25,473 nucleotides of DNA, taken from positions 1 through 25,473 of the IMG/VR virus record IMGVR_UViG_3300033067_000311. One strand, given 5' to 3'. Made by a program: the position numbers and the translations under genes. Shown here piece by piece: positions 17,701-25,444 of the stretch (position 1 is its first letter; every line of letters starts with the position of its first letter). Source of the DNA: a virus (Duplodnaviria; Caudoviricetes). Below the pieces are notes generated by a model. That model saw only the letters and a program-made list of their open reading frames with translations, did no database searches and was not told the origin of the DNA.

Positions 17701-20611
17701 CGCAATGCCCATCGACATCTTGGGCGCGACCGCTTACCGCACCGCGCTCGACCTCGTGGTCAAGGGTGTGGAGGCTGGCCAACGCATCGGCACCGTTGTC
17801 CGCAAGATCATCACAGACATCAAAAAGTCCAGAGCACTCACCCGCGACGAGGAAATCAGCATCAAGTCGGCGCTCATCAAGCAAGGCACCGACTACATGC
17901 GGTTCCAAGGTGAGCGTGACGCCAAGTTCTTCCACGAGATGCCGAAGGTCGCGGAGGAGCTTGCCGCGCAAGGCAAGCCCACAAACCTTCCTGACCTCAT
18001 CAACGGTCTGGCTGCCCGCTTCCCCGAGCACGCCGCTTACATCCGCGCCAACGGGGCGAAGATTCACGCAGACATGGTGTTCGCCCGCGACACGAGGTTG
18101 TCCCGCAAGACCGAAAGCCTGCGCGAATGGGGCGAGTGGGGAGACTCCGCACTCGAAGGAGCGAAGAAACTCATCTACGGCACGATCAAAGGGAGTCCAG
18201 CCACCCGCGCCAAGCAGCTCGCCACAAGTTTCCACGCCACCTACATGACGGGCATCGGCAACAAGATGCGCCACCTCGCACAAGGCAACATCACCGGGCA
18301 GGAGTCCACGGCGTTCGGCAAGTTCACGGAAGACCTGGTAGGACTGGCCAAGGGCAAAGACGGCGTGCATCGCGTGGCGACTGACCTCCAGATGCACAAC
18401 GACGTGACCACGTTTGCGAACCACCTGGATCGAATCAAGACGGAGTTGTTACCCACGCTCAAGGCGATGCCGCGCAACGAGCGTCAGGCATTCATGGAGC
18501 GGGTGGGCGACCACATCACAGACAGCAGCCGCGACGGCGAGCTTGCCAGCCAGCCGGCACTCAAGAAAGCGGTCGATTCTTACATCAAAATCCGCGAAGA
18601 CCTTCTCAAGCACATGAAGGATGCCGGCGTGGAAGTGGGCGACGTTGGCCCCCGCTCGATGCGCCGCGTGCTCGACCGCCCGACCGTGCTGGCAAACCCG
18701 AAGGAGTTCGTGAAGCAGGCTGCCAATGCTTACCGGGCGAAGTGGCGCGCGGAGACAGCCAAACTCAATGCGGAGGCGGCCACCCTCGATCCAGTGAAGG
18801 ACAAGGCGCGACTTGCGTCGATCCGCTCTGAACTTGCGGAGATCGCCAAGCGTGACGCCATCGACAGCGCGCAGAAGTATCTGACCAACATCGAAGCTGA
18901 CGAGACGGGAATCACGTCCAACGGCAACGATTTGTTCGAGGTTAACCGCGGCAACCCGTCATCCATCAAGTCCCGCGAGTTTGGCCCGGAGGCTGACCAA
19001 CTGCTCGGCAAGTTCTACCTGCGAGATCCCGACGCCATCCTGCGCCGCGAGATCGGTGATGCCGTCCGCGCTGCCGGCGTGGCCCGCACGTTCTCAGCGC
19101 CGAAACTCGATGCCGCGGGTAAGCCGCTTGGAACGGGTGAGATCGACCCGCTTGGCAAGTGGAAGAAACTCAGGCAAGACATGATCGACGAAGGCAACGC
19201 GGACATGGTGCCGCTCGCTGCCACCTTGCTGAAAGAACACTTCAACCTGGGCGGGCAGGACAACCCGACGATGCGGAAGGCACTGGAGATCGCCCACACG
19301 CACGCGCAACTGACGTTCCTCGCGCGCTCGGCACTCTCGTCGATGGGCGAGCCTGCGCTGGCCGGCATCCGCTCCGGCCGCATCTCCGACGTGGCCGCCG
19401 GCTACGTCAAGACGGTCAAGGGCATGGTCCGCGAGTTGCGCGGAGCATCACCGGAAGACGCCCGGCTAATGTCGAATGCCATCGGGGCATCCAGCGACGG
19501 CTTCAATTCGATCCTCGCCGCCAACCGCTTCCTTGACAGCTATGCCGTGGCGGGAAAGGCGGGCGAGCTTGTGGCGATGTTCCACGCGAAGACGTGGCTG
19601 ACCGCGCTGACCAACTCGACGCACGCCGCAGCCATCGACATCGGGCATTCATTCATCCGCACCCAGCTCGGCCTGCGCGCATCCGGCGGGAAGTTCAAGA
19701 CGACCGCGGGCAAGGCACTCAACGAGCTTGGCATCCAGACGAAGGACATCCCAGCCATGCAGAAGTTTGCTGATGACCTGGCAGTTGCCACAGACAAGGT
19801 GGCGCTCCTGTCTGCGAACACGCCGGAGGCGAAGATGTATCGGGATGCACTCCACCTGTTCAAAAACTCGGGGGCCTCTCTAAATGTTGTTCGCGGCACC
19901 CGCCCGCAACACGCCAACTCTCCTATCGGTGGGATGTTCTACGCGCTCAAGTCGTTCCTGTTCGCCTTCCAAGATCAAGTCTTGTCCCGCCACGCCCGGC
20001 TGATGAAGACTGCGGCCACGGGTGAGACGATGGTTGATGGGGCGATGGAGAAGCTATCCACTGCGGAACGCGCGAAGATGATCGGCGAGACACTGCAAGC
20101 AATCACCGTCATTGCGGCATCCCAATACGCCATCCAGAAAGTTCGTGAGTCGCTGTTTAACGACCCGGCGCGCAAAATCGAAGAGAACAAGACCGCAGCC
20201 GAACAAGCTCGGTTCCGGGCCTACTCGGTAGCCACTCGCTCCAGTTTCTTCGGTGGCTACGACATCGTGTTTAATGCGTTCACGGGTGCCCGTCACGGTG
20301 GAGACCCTGCAACCGCACTGCTCGGTCCATCACTCGGGCTGGCGTCATCCATTGCCGGGCAGGTTGCCGGCACTGGCGGCAAGAAGGACTCGGCCAACAC
20401 CAACACGCACGAGCGCAAACTTGCGCGCTCAGTATGGGATGCTGCCGCCAAGCCAGTCGTGAATGCCGCGTTTGCCACCATGCCAGGCTACAAGGTCGCG
20501 GCCCCGCTTGTTCAAGCGTTCAACCACCCAGGCACACGCGAAGCACTCGTCAAGCGAGTCGCCGGTCCACCCATGCAACACGGACCCATGAAGAAAAAGA
20601 AAGGATTCTAA
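14744..20611 (+). CDS. large internal virion / DNA ejection protein, 1955 aa
   Basis: Last and largest gene of the ejection cluster. N-terminal VSFPDGMTDADI motif, Gly/Ala hydrophobic segments, GP-repeat tract, long helical C-half with a FYALKSFLFAF motif. Confidence 0.8.
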   Translation: MPQIIEVPGMGHVSFPDGMTDADISAAIQRNMAPKGLDFFDPLSPTSVKRAADSRTPPDVPSMGGSFAREAARSVGPGLVGFKAGAASGAALGAAGLNPVTVAAGAVIGGVGGFMLSRKVSDEVADAIAPNSFMGTKSAEADMAANKWSTMLGGAIGGGGAPGPLRGVTAIPKLFTTGGRQALTAGLREGAPLAARQASSDIMEPLIGAGVGAGLGATHGADAAGVAEQAGLGLIFNRGWMHRVGRTPQSLPTDSQNGVQGEPATGSLAGDGVIPHETNAAVGTRDNPSRAFAIMEANALANRLKTGQPLETPTPPAAPEPLTFDGGPVVRGPVVRGPVVEGPVARGPIVEGPRGPVVGEAMPREAWQGPLAPRVEGPRVRGPQIDSPTMDGPLAPLVEGPRVGMDAPVIARPLAVRAPEVLAPDGPTMLGPSVDRPFVDGPLGQEVLGPPKIKVGQDIFTDTDSPLASTRLDPASRQLGGKPFNSTDIAARLRAPAEAPAAPEPPAPAIAAEVSRQIGNQQFNSTDVAARMRAQQEVQPTISPEAKSPSLPDVPAVPATPEVAPLKGTVALATGRLNAAKNQLAKLEASGKATPDQLAKRRASIATLEAQIKAAQPDAPSRERELQKRVSEVHDSGEFDLVGRIREMGGFAPQGKEAGLIEVNARRGRKLSEKNRKVAAGFGETRDDAARASDFPDTPGGNLAAATLRSLHNKSSTALTADKMAEALGMTVRDFHAKLNAELESIHRNNGPKANEYDVLMARQERQAVDLEKAVENSHPDDISTPRAEGLEKGDTFVIDGEPIKVIESDGETVTLRDGERFGEQTVSNDTPIPIEKLTSPARVRTAEEIAAQKEMDAVADSEARARADSEIPADDAIAAKNAEDSSAESAKVADDFALKAHESDAEILAEKKAAEQKAELAKRQSARLKGDAGDLTPDIFGEGDTPLFNEHRDTPQQKSILDGLKAHRDDVDNWLKSEKKSGRLNAMPIDILGATAYRTALDLVVKGVEAGQRIGTVVRKIITDIKKSRALTRDEEISIKSALIKQGTDYMRFQGERDAKFFHEMPKVAEELAAQGKPTNLPDLINGLAARFPEHAAYIRANGAKIHADMVFARDTRLSRKTESLREWGEWGDSALEGAKKLIYGTIKGSPATRAKQLATSFHATYMTGIGNKMRHLAQGNITGQESTAFGKFTEDLVGLAKGKDGVHRVATDLQMHNDVTTFANHLDRIKTELLPTLKAMPRNERQAFMERVGDHITDSSRDGELASQPALKKAVDSYIKIREDLLKHMKDAGVEVGDVGPRSMRRVLDRPTVLANPKEFVKQAANAYRAKWRAETAKLNAEAATLDPVKDKARLASIRSELAEIAKRDAIDSAQKYLTNIEADETGITSNGNDLFEVNRGNPSSIKSREFGPEADQLLGKFYLRDPDAILRREIGDAVRAAGVARTFSAPKLDAAGKPLGTGEIDPLGKWKKLRQDMIDEGNADMVPLAATLLKEHFNLGGQDNPTMRKALEIAHTHAQLTFLARSALSSMGEPALAGIRSGRISDVAAGYVKTVKGMVRELRGASPEDARLMSNAIGASSDGFNSILAANRFLDSYAVAGKAGELVAMFHAKTWLTALTNSTHAAAIDIGHSFIRTQLGLRASGGKFKTTAGKALNELGIQTKDIPAMQKFADDLAVATDKVALLSANTPEAKMYRDALHLFKNSGASLNVVRGTRPQHANSPIGGMFYALKSFLFAFQDQVLSRHARLMKTAATGETMVDGAMEKLSTAERAKMIGETLQAITVIAASQYAIQKVRESLFNDPARKIEENKTAAEQARFRAYSVATRSSFFGGYDIVFNAFTGARHGGDPATALLGPSLGLASSIAGQVAGTGGKKDSANTNTHERKLARSVWDAAAKPVVNAAFATMPGYKVAAPLVQAFNHPGTREALVKRVAGPPMQHGPMKKKKGF
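15722..16093 (+). repeat. coding Gly-Pro repeat tract (GPxxx pentamers degrading to longer units)
   Basis: GPVVR GPVVR GPVVE GPVAR GPIVE GPR GPVV... 16 GP dipeptides counted in about 124 aa. Confidence 0.85.
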
Positions 20612-20614
20612 CCC

Positions 20615-21115
20615 ATGAAGCAACCACCCGTCGCTATCCAGCTATCGCTCGCAGACCGCATCGCCGCCATTGCCGAATCGCAGGTCGGCGTGAGAGAAAC
20701 CAAGAAAAACGGCGGCGTAAAGATCGAGGAATACCAAGCGGCGACGTGGCTGCCAGTAGGGGCTTGGCCGTGGTGTGCCGCGTTCGTCTGCTGGGTTGTG
20801 AAGCAGGCAGTGGGTAAGACGAAAGTCTCATTCCCGCTACCGCAGACAGCCGGCGCATGGGACTTCGAGCGGTGGTGCCGCGGAGTCGATAACACGGTAA
20901 GACTGCGCAAGCCTCCGATGGGTGACGTGAAGCGTGGTGACATCGTGGTCTTCTATTTCAGTCACATCGGGATCGCCGTTGGGCCGCCGGACAAGCAGGG
21001 CAACGTGCCGACCGTCGAGGGAAACACAAACGCCGCCGGCCACCGGCTCGGCGATGGGGTGTATGCGAAGACCCGCCACATCTCAGCCATCCGCTCCCGC
21101 ATCCGCTTTCAGTAA
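20615..21115 (+). CDS. CHAP-domain amidase/peptidase, probable endolysin
   Basis: AESQVGVRE, PWCAAFVCW (catalytic Cys), GDIVVF..SHIGI (catalytic His) and TVEGNT motifs. Confidence 0.9.
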   Translation: MKQPPVAIQLSLADRIAAIAESQVGVRETKKNGGVKIEEYQAATWLPVGAWPWCAAFVCWVVKQAVGKTKVSFPLPQTAGAWDFERWCRGVDNTVRLRKPPMGDVKRGDIVVFYFSHIGIAVGPPDKQGNVPTVEGNTNAAGHRLGDGVYAKTRHISAIRSRIRFQ

Positions 21116-21323
21116 CGCGAGGATTTCCATTGCCGTCTCCAAGCTGACAGAGACATCGAACCGCAGACGGAACTGGTCATTGCAATCCTGTTGCAGATCG
21201 AACCCGCCAACACGCTTGGCGCGCGGCCTTGTCGGTTTGATGACAACTGCCGGCGGTGTCCACCCAAGCACGCGGGCGAGCTTGGTCAGCGAGTTTTCTT
21301 TTTTTGGCAGCTGGTTTTCTCAT
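21083..21323 (-). pseudogene. truncated or frameshifted XRE-like regulator remnant
   Basis: The minus frame is open from 21319 to 21083 (ENQLPKKENSLTKLARVLGWTP...FRLRFDVSVSLETAMEILALLK), resembling the end of an XRE HTH plus a C-terminal domain. It is closed upstream by TGA 21322-21320, and the nearby ATGs at 21323 and 21336 are out of frame across an A7 run. Confidence 0.5.
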
Positions 21324-21331
21324 TTGCTGTC

Positions 21332-21361
21332 AACATAAATCATGCCGAGGGGGGGGGTCAA
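21332..21361 (-). promoter_or_regulatory. leftward sigma70-type promoter with poly-C/G tract in spacer
   Basis: Minus strand TTGACC (21361-21356)-N18-TATGTT (21337-21332); G9 at 21349-21357. Confidence 0.6.
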
Positions 21362-21362
21362 T

Positions 21363-21433
21363 AGGATTTTATCCGTATTTTAATTAAGGTAGGATAAAAA
21401 CCTTGCGCGTCGGATTTTATCGGATTTAATCCG
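21363..21433. promoter_or_regulatory. four operator-like palindromes GGAT-N3-ATCC in a divergent control region
   Basis: aGGATTTTATCCg 21363-21375, aGGATAAAAACCt 21391-21403, cGGATTTTATCGg 21411-21423, cGGATTTAATCCg 21421-21433. A possible rightward promoter TTGCGC (21403)-N16-TTTAAT overlaps them. Confidence 0.7.
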
Positions 21434-21441
21434 CATTAGCA

Positions 21442-21639
21442 ATGAGCGAACCAACAAGCCCCAAGCCAGGCCGCCCCGCGAGCGGCATTACCAAAGTGAA
21501 GCCCGGACTGACAATCGACCGGAAGATTGTCGCGAGGGCAAAGAAAGCCGCGTTCCGACAAAACATGAGCCTGTCCGCTTTTGTGGAGCGCAGCATCGCT
21601 TGTTTTCTCGAAGCGCAGAAAGCGGAGGTTGCCCCATGA
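21442..21639 (+). CDS. ribbon-helix-helix transcriptional regulator
   Basis: KVKPGLTIDRKIVARAKKAAFRQNMSLSAFVERSI is a beta-strand plus two helices of RHH pattern, preceded by an AT-hook-like PKPGRP. First gene after the operators. Confidence 0.75.
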   Translation: MSEPTSPKPGRPASGITKVKPGLTIDRKIVARAKKAAFRQNMSLSAFVERSIACFLEAQKAEVAP

Positions 21640-21878
21640 TTGCCCACGTCGAGTTGTCGCTGGATGACGCACAACGGATCATCGCTGCGGCGACCGAGGC
21701 TGCAACCGAGCGCATCTTGGCAGAGGTTCTCCTGACCATTCAGGAAGCCGCAGACATGCTCAAGGTATCGACCGCGACCCTCAACCGCTTGCCGGTCCAT
21801 AGAGTCAAGCTGGGCGGTGCCACCCGATACCGCAGGCAAGACATCCTTGCCCACATTCAAGCGAGTCTTGAAAAATGA
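21636..21878 (+). CDS. excisionase-like helix-turn-helix protein (HTH_17 type), 80 aa
   Basis: LLTIQEAADMLKVSTATLNRL...VKLGGATRYRRQDI. ATGA overlap at 21636 with GGAGG 7 nt upstream. Confidence 0.85.
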   Translation: MIAHVELSLDDAQRIIAAATEAATERILAEVLLTIQEAADMLKVSTATLNRLPVHRVKLGGATRYRRQDILAHIQASLEK

Positions 21879-21885
21879 AAAACCT

Positions 21886-21962
21886 TTCCCCCGCCGTGAG
21901 GGTGGCGACCTCCGATGCCTGACCAACGAATTGAGGCGGTCTTAAAATGAACGGCGGGGGAA
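21886..21962 (+). other. structured intergenic element closed by a perfect 12-bp inverted repeat
   Basis: TTCCCCCGCCGT (21886-21897) / ACGGCGGGGGAA (21951-21962) enclose 53 nt with short internal stems. Confidence 0.55.
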
Positions 21963-21977
21963 TCCAAATTTAGAACC

Positions 21978-22241
21978 ATGAGACGATCCGAAAAAATCTA
22001 CCATCAGGCACGGCACGAGGCGCTGCTGTCTGTGATGTTCTCGGCAATGAGTGTGGCCGGGTGTGTATGGGCGGTGAGGGCTTGGTTGAGCGTGCCTGCC
22101 GGGGGGCTGGCTGCGTTTGCCTTGTCCCTCATCGCCCTATTCCCTGCCGCCGCGCACGCCCGCGAGTGCTCTCGCCTGCTCAACATGGCAAAGCGCGAAT
22201 CCGACTACGAGGCAAGGCGCTCGATCAGACCGCGCATCTAA
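21978..22241 (+). CDS. small membrane protein, two predicted TM helices
   Basis: Hydrophobic ALLSVMFSAMSVAGCVWAV and GGLAAFALSLIALFPAAA segments, with basic termini. Confidence 0.7.
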   Translation: MRRSEKIYHQARHEALLSVMFSAMSVAGCVWAVRAWLSVPAGGLAAFALSLIALFPAAAHARECSRLLNMAKRESDYEARRSIRPRI

Positions 22242-22251
22242 CCTTTCCAAC

Positions 22252-22973
<722 letters not shown>

Positions 22974-23036
22974 TTCATTCAATGTCCGGCCTGCTGGGTA
23001 ATCCCGGCAGGGGCTAGCCCGGACACCATTCAAATC

Positions 23037-23066
23037 GCCTCACCCTGCTAGACGGGGTGGGGCTTT
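23037..23066 (+). terminator. hairpin, possible weak terminator
   Basis: GCCTCACCCTG / CGGGGTGGGGC form an 11-bp stem (2 G-U pairs) with a 5-nt loop and only TTT after it. Confidence 0.45.
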
Positions 23067-23079
23067 CCGGGCAAAAACC

Positions 23080-23586
23080 ATGCCAACCATCGCCGAGATC
23101 ATCGCCGCCAAGAAAGCCGCCGCAGCAAAGGACGAGCCAAAGTTGTTTGATGCACTGGCAGAGAAAATGGCCAATGCCAAACAACGGATTGACGATTCCG
23201 ATGCCGAGTGGAAGGAAGCCATAGACCGCATTGACCCGCCGGGAAAGCACAAGGCGGCAGCCATCGTGCTCTCAGCATCGACACCCATGCAGCCGGCGGA
23301 GATCGCGCAGAAGGCTCACTACGCGGAGGAGCGCAGCCTGTCCCGCAGCCGGGGAGAGGCAATCCCGATGACGCCGACAGCCGCAGACAAGGAGGTGGCG
23401 ACGTGGCACGAGGCGCTGAATGCGTTCGAGTCGAGTCTGTGCATCATGCGCGACCCGAAGGAACCGGACGTGGTGTGGCTGGCGATTCGCCCCGACCGGG
23501 AGGGACTGCCTCCACTGCTGGTTCACCGCCTGCCGGTGCTGGTGTGGGATCACCCGACAGCCACCTACCGCAGCGAGCCGTTCTAA
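23080..23586 (+). CDS. hypothetical phage protein, 168 aa
   Basis: AACCATG start, phage-like codon usage, co-directional with neighbours. Confidence 0.75.
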   Translation: MPTIAEIIAAKKAAAAKDEPKLFDALAEKMANAKQRIDDSDAEWKEAIDRIDPPGKHKAAAIVLSASTPMQPAEIAQKAHYAEERSLSRSRGEAIPMTPTAADKEVATWHEALNAFESSLCIMRDPKEPDVVWLAIRPDREGLPPLLVHRLPVLVWDHPTATYRSEPF

Positions 23587-23759
23587 CGATCACCGAGCGG
23601 CTGGCACTTGAAGCCCGCCAACGGCGCGAGAAACCAATCCCCGACGACGAATGCGAGACATGCCATAGGAGATGGAGACGCGGGTTGCTCAAGACCTGCT
23701 GTGTCTGCACCGGGCACATCAATCTGACAGACAGGAATTTTTTCCCAAGAACACCATGA
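23580..23759 (+). CDS. possible small Cys-rich (CxxC...CxxC) protein, start uncertain
   Basis: 3' part of track ORF 23403-23759 (LTITERLALEARQRREKPIPDDECETCHRRWRRGLLKTCCVCTG) fills the gap, and its TGA overlaps ATG 23756. Confidence 0.4.
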   Translation, partial: VLTITERLALEARQRREKPIPDDECETCHRRWRRGLLKTCCVCTGHINLTDRNFFPRTP

Positions 23760-23953
23760 GCAAAGACCACAGAACCTACGAACCGCAGGACTTCGATGAT
23801 GTCAGAGAAGATCCTTACCGCTGCCCGAAGACCGACCGCTACGAGCGCGAGCTTGAACGTGCCGACTACTTGCGCGACGAGCGCAAAGACCGGGAGTGGG
23901 AGGCTGCGGTTGAGGCGTCTGAACGCCGCAAGGAAAAGGAGGGTAAGCCATGA
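23756..23953 (+). CDS. hypothetical charged protein, 65 aa
   Basis: MSKDHRTYEPQDFDD...ERADYLRDERKDRE; ATGA overlaps at both ends. Confidence 0.7.
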   Translation: MSKDHRTYEPQDFDDVREDPYRCPKTDRYERELERADYLRDERKDREWEAAVEASERRKEKEGKP

Positions 23954-24198
23954 TCTCGCCCGAACTCATCGCCGCCGCCAAGGCTGAGATTGCCAAGCTC
24001 CAGAAGGAGGCGGCCATCGCGCAACTCTCACCCGAAGACCAAGCACTGATGAAGAAATACCCACGCCACACGCTCGCGGCTGCACGGTTGATAGACAGCA
24101 CGCCACTTGCGCGCGGAATCACAGGCTGCCGTTCCGCCTTCGACCTAATCCAACTGCAAGAACGCAACAACTTCCACATCACAGACGACCACACATGA
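23950..24198 (+). CDS. hypothetical protein, 82 aa
   Basis: AGGAGG upstream; ATGA-coupled on both sides. Confidence 0.7.
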   Translation: MISPELIAAAKAEIAKLQKEAAIAQLSPEDQALMKKYPRHTLAAARLIDSTPLARGITGCRSAFDLIQLQERNNFHITDDHT

Positions 24199-24956
24199 AA
24201 ACAGACACCATGACAGAACCCGCCACACTCATCCTCGCTGGCTCCGGCTACGAGCTTGCCATCGCTCCCGAAGCGGAGAAGCGCAAGGCCGAGTTGCTTA
24301 AGATTGCGACCGCCGTGCGCCACGTCCGCGACAATCAGGAATCATCAGAAGCGCAGTATCACTTGCGCAACCTGGCCGCCATGCGGATCGAGGTTGAAAA
24401 ATCCCGCAAGATTATCAAGGAGCCGGTCATCCGCATCGGCAAGCTGATCGAGGCCGCTGCCGCCAACTTCATTGCCGATCTAGTGAACGAGGAGAAGCGC
24501 ATCGCGAAGCTCGTCGGCGACCATGCGGAAGAGGTGGTGAGAATCAAGCGCGAGAAGGAGGCTGCCGAGCGCAAGGCATTCGATGTAGCACGGGCCGCGC
24601 GTGAAGCCGCGGAGGCCGCTGCCGCTGCGGCGGAGAACACTGGCACCATCGCCGACGTGATCGCTGCGAAGAAAGCCGCGGCCGAGCGCGAGGAGACGCT
24701 GGCCGCGCGTCTGTCTGCATCCACTGAGGTTGCCGAGACCCGCATTGCCGATGGCGTGCGCTTCGCTTGGGACTTCGAGGTGGATAACATTGCCAATGTG
24801 TATCGGGCCGCACCGGAAATGGTGACGATGGAAATCAAGCGCGCCGCCGTGTTGTCATGGCTCAAGGTATTGGAAGAATCCGACGCCGATCCCGTTGCTG
24901 CTGCCTCGCTTATTGGCATCCGCGCGTTCAAAAAAAACGTAGTATCAACCCGCTGA
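24195..24956 (+). CDS. coiled-coil phage early protein (loosely Gam/Gp157-like architecture), 253 aa
   Basis: EVEKSRKIIKEPV...GKLIE coiled coil, Ala/Glu linker and a C-terminal WDFEV...GIRAF beta module, a layout common in phage recombination regions. Confidence 0.6.
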   Translation: MKTDTMTEPATLILAGSGYELAIAPEAEKRKAELLKIATAVRHVRDNQESSEAQYHLRNLAAMRIEVEKSRKIIKEPVIRIGKLIEAAAANFIADLVNEEKRIAKLVGDHAEEVVRIKREKEAAERKAFDVARAAREAAEAAAAAAENTGTIADVIAAKKAAAEREETLAARLSASTEVAETRIADGVRFAWDFEVDNIANVYRAAPEMVTMEIKRAAVLSWLKVLEESDADPVAAASLIGIRAFKKNVVSTR

Positions 24957-24972
24957 AATCCCCACCGAACCA

Positions 24973-25053
24973 ATGACTATGAAAACACAAGAAGTGAAGG
25001 CATGGAACGCTAGGGCTGTGACGCCCGGAGAGAAAGGAAACGCCAATGAGTGA
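24973..25053 (+). CDS. 26-aa leader ORF running into the first attC-like site
   Basis: Hand translation MTMKTQEVKAWNARAVTPGEKGNANE. The stop lies inside the attC loop, just after the next gene's ATG at 25046. Confidence 0.5.
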   Translation: MTMKTQEVKAWNARAVTPGEKGNANE

Positions 25054-25097
25054 AACTGAAAAGCTAGTCCGGGTCGATCACCAGCCCCTTGTTGTGC
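25002..25097 (-). mobile_element. integron attC-like recombination site 1 (96 bp)
   Basis: Minus strand: R'' GCACAAC, 5-bp spacer AAGGG, L'' GCTGGTGA (8 nt), TCGACCCGGA, loop, TCCGGGCG, L' TCACAGC (7 nt), 6-bp spacer CCTAGC, R' GTTCCAT. Confidence 0.8.
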
Positions 25098-25444
25098 CTC
25101 TTAATTTGTGGCTGCAATGGCATGGTGACGGCAACCCCGAAGATGACGGCGAGGTCTGCGAAAGCGAAGTGACCTGGTGCCGCGAGAAAATCTTTGATCA
25201 CGACGTTGAATATGTCCACGCCGACGAAATCCGCCGCGCCCTCATGGGACATCGCCGCTCCGAACTGTGGGGCGATACCGGACTGATCGCCGCCACCATG
25301 CGATGCGTCGAAGCGGTGGGGAAGTTGGAAGACCTCTACGCGCAAATGGACCCAGAAGGATTCTTCGCTCGCAAGATCGCGGCAATTCTTAAGCACAACG
25401 CTAGGGCTATGCCGCCCTCAACTGAATCAGACGATGGGAAGTAA
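25046..25444 (+). CDS. cassette-borne phage hypothetical protein, 132 aa
   Basis: AGAAAGGA plus ATG inside attC1. The core PLNLWLQW...EVTWCREKIFDHDVEYVHAD looks like a phage-type small domain. TAA lies inside attC2. Confidence 0.75.
   Translation: MSETEKLVRVDHQPLVVPLNLWLQWHGDGNPEDDGEVCESEVTWCREKIFDHDVEYVHADEIRRALMGHRRSELWGDTGLIAATMRCVEAVGKLEDLYAQMDPEGFFARKIAAILKHNARAMPPSTESDDGK

Noticed and set aside
21320-21322. Genome-wide TGA-to-Trp recoding suggested by SK*EN
   Set aside because: TGA terminates many clear genes here (terL, portal, adaptor) and Trp is encoded by TGG, so the standard code applies.
22983-23028. Bona fide tRNA gene
   Set aside because: Too short, with no cloverleaf and no TTCG loop; kept only as a tRNA-like structure.
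25064-25396. 110-aa minus ORF in canonical cassette orientation between the attC-like sites
   Set aside because: It has no RBS, starts inside the R box and reads like a shadow. The + ORF has an SD-like motif, coupling and a protein-like core. Not fully excluded without expression data.
25006-25408. CRISPR or terminator interpretation of the AACGCTAGGGCT repeats
   Set aside because: Only 12 identical bases, 391 bp apart with a gene between them. The large loops and lack of a U-tract fit attC better.
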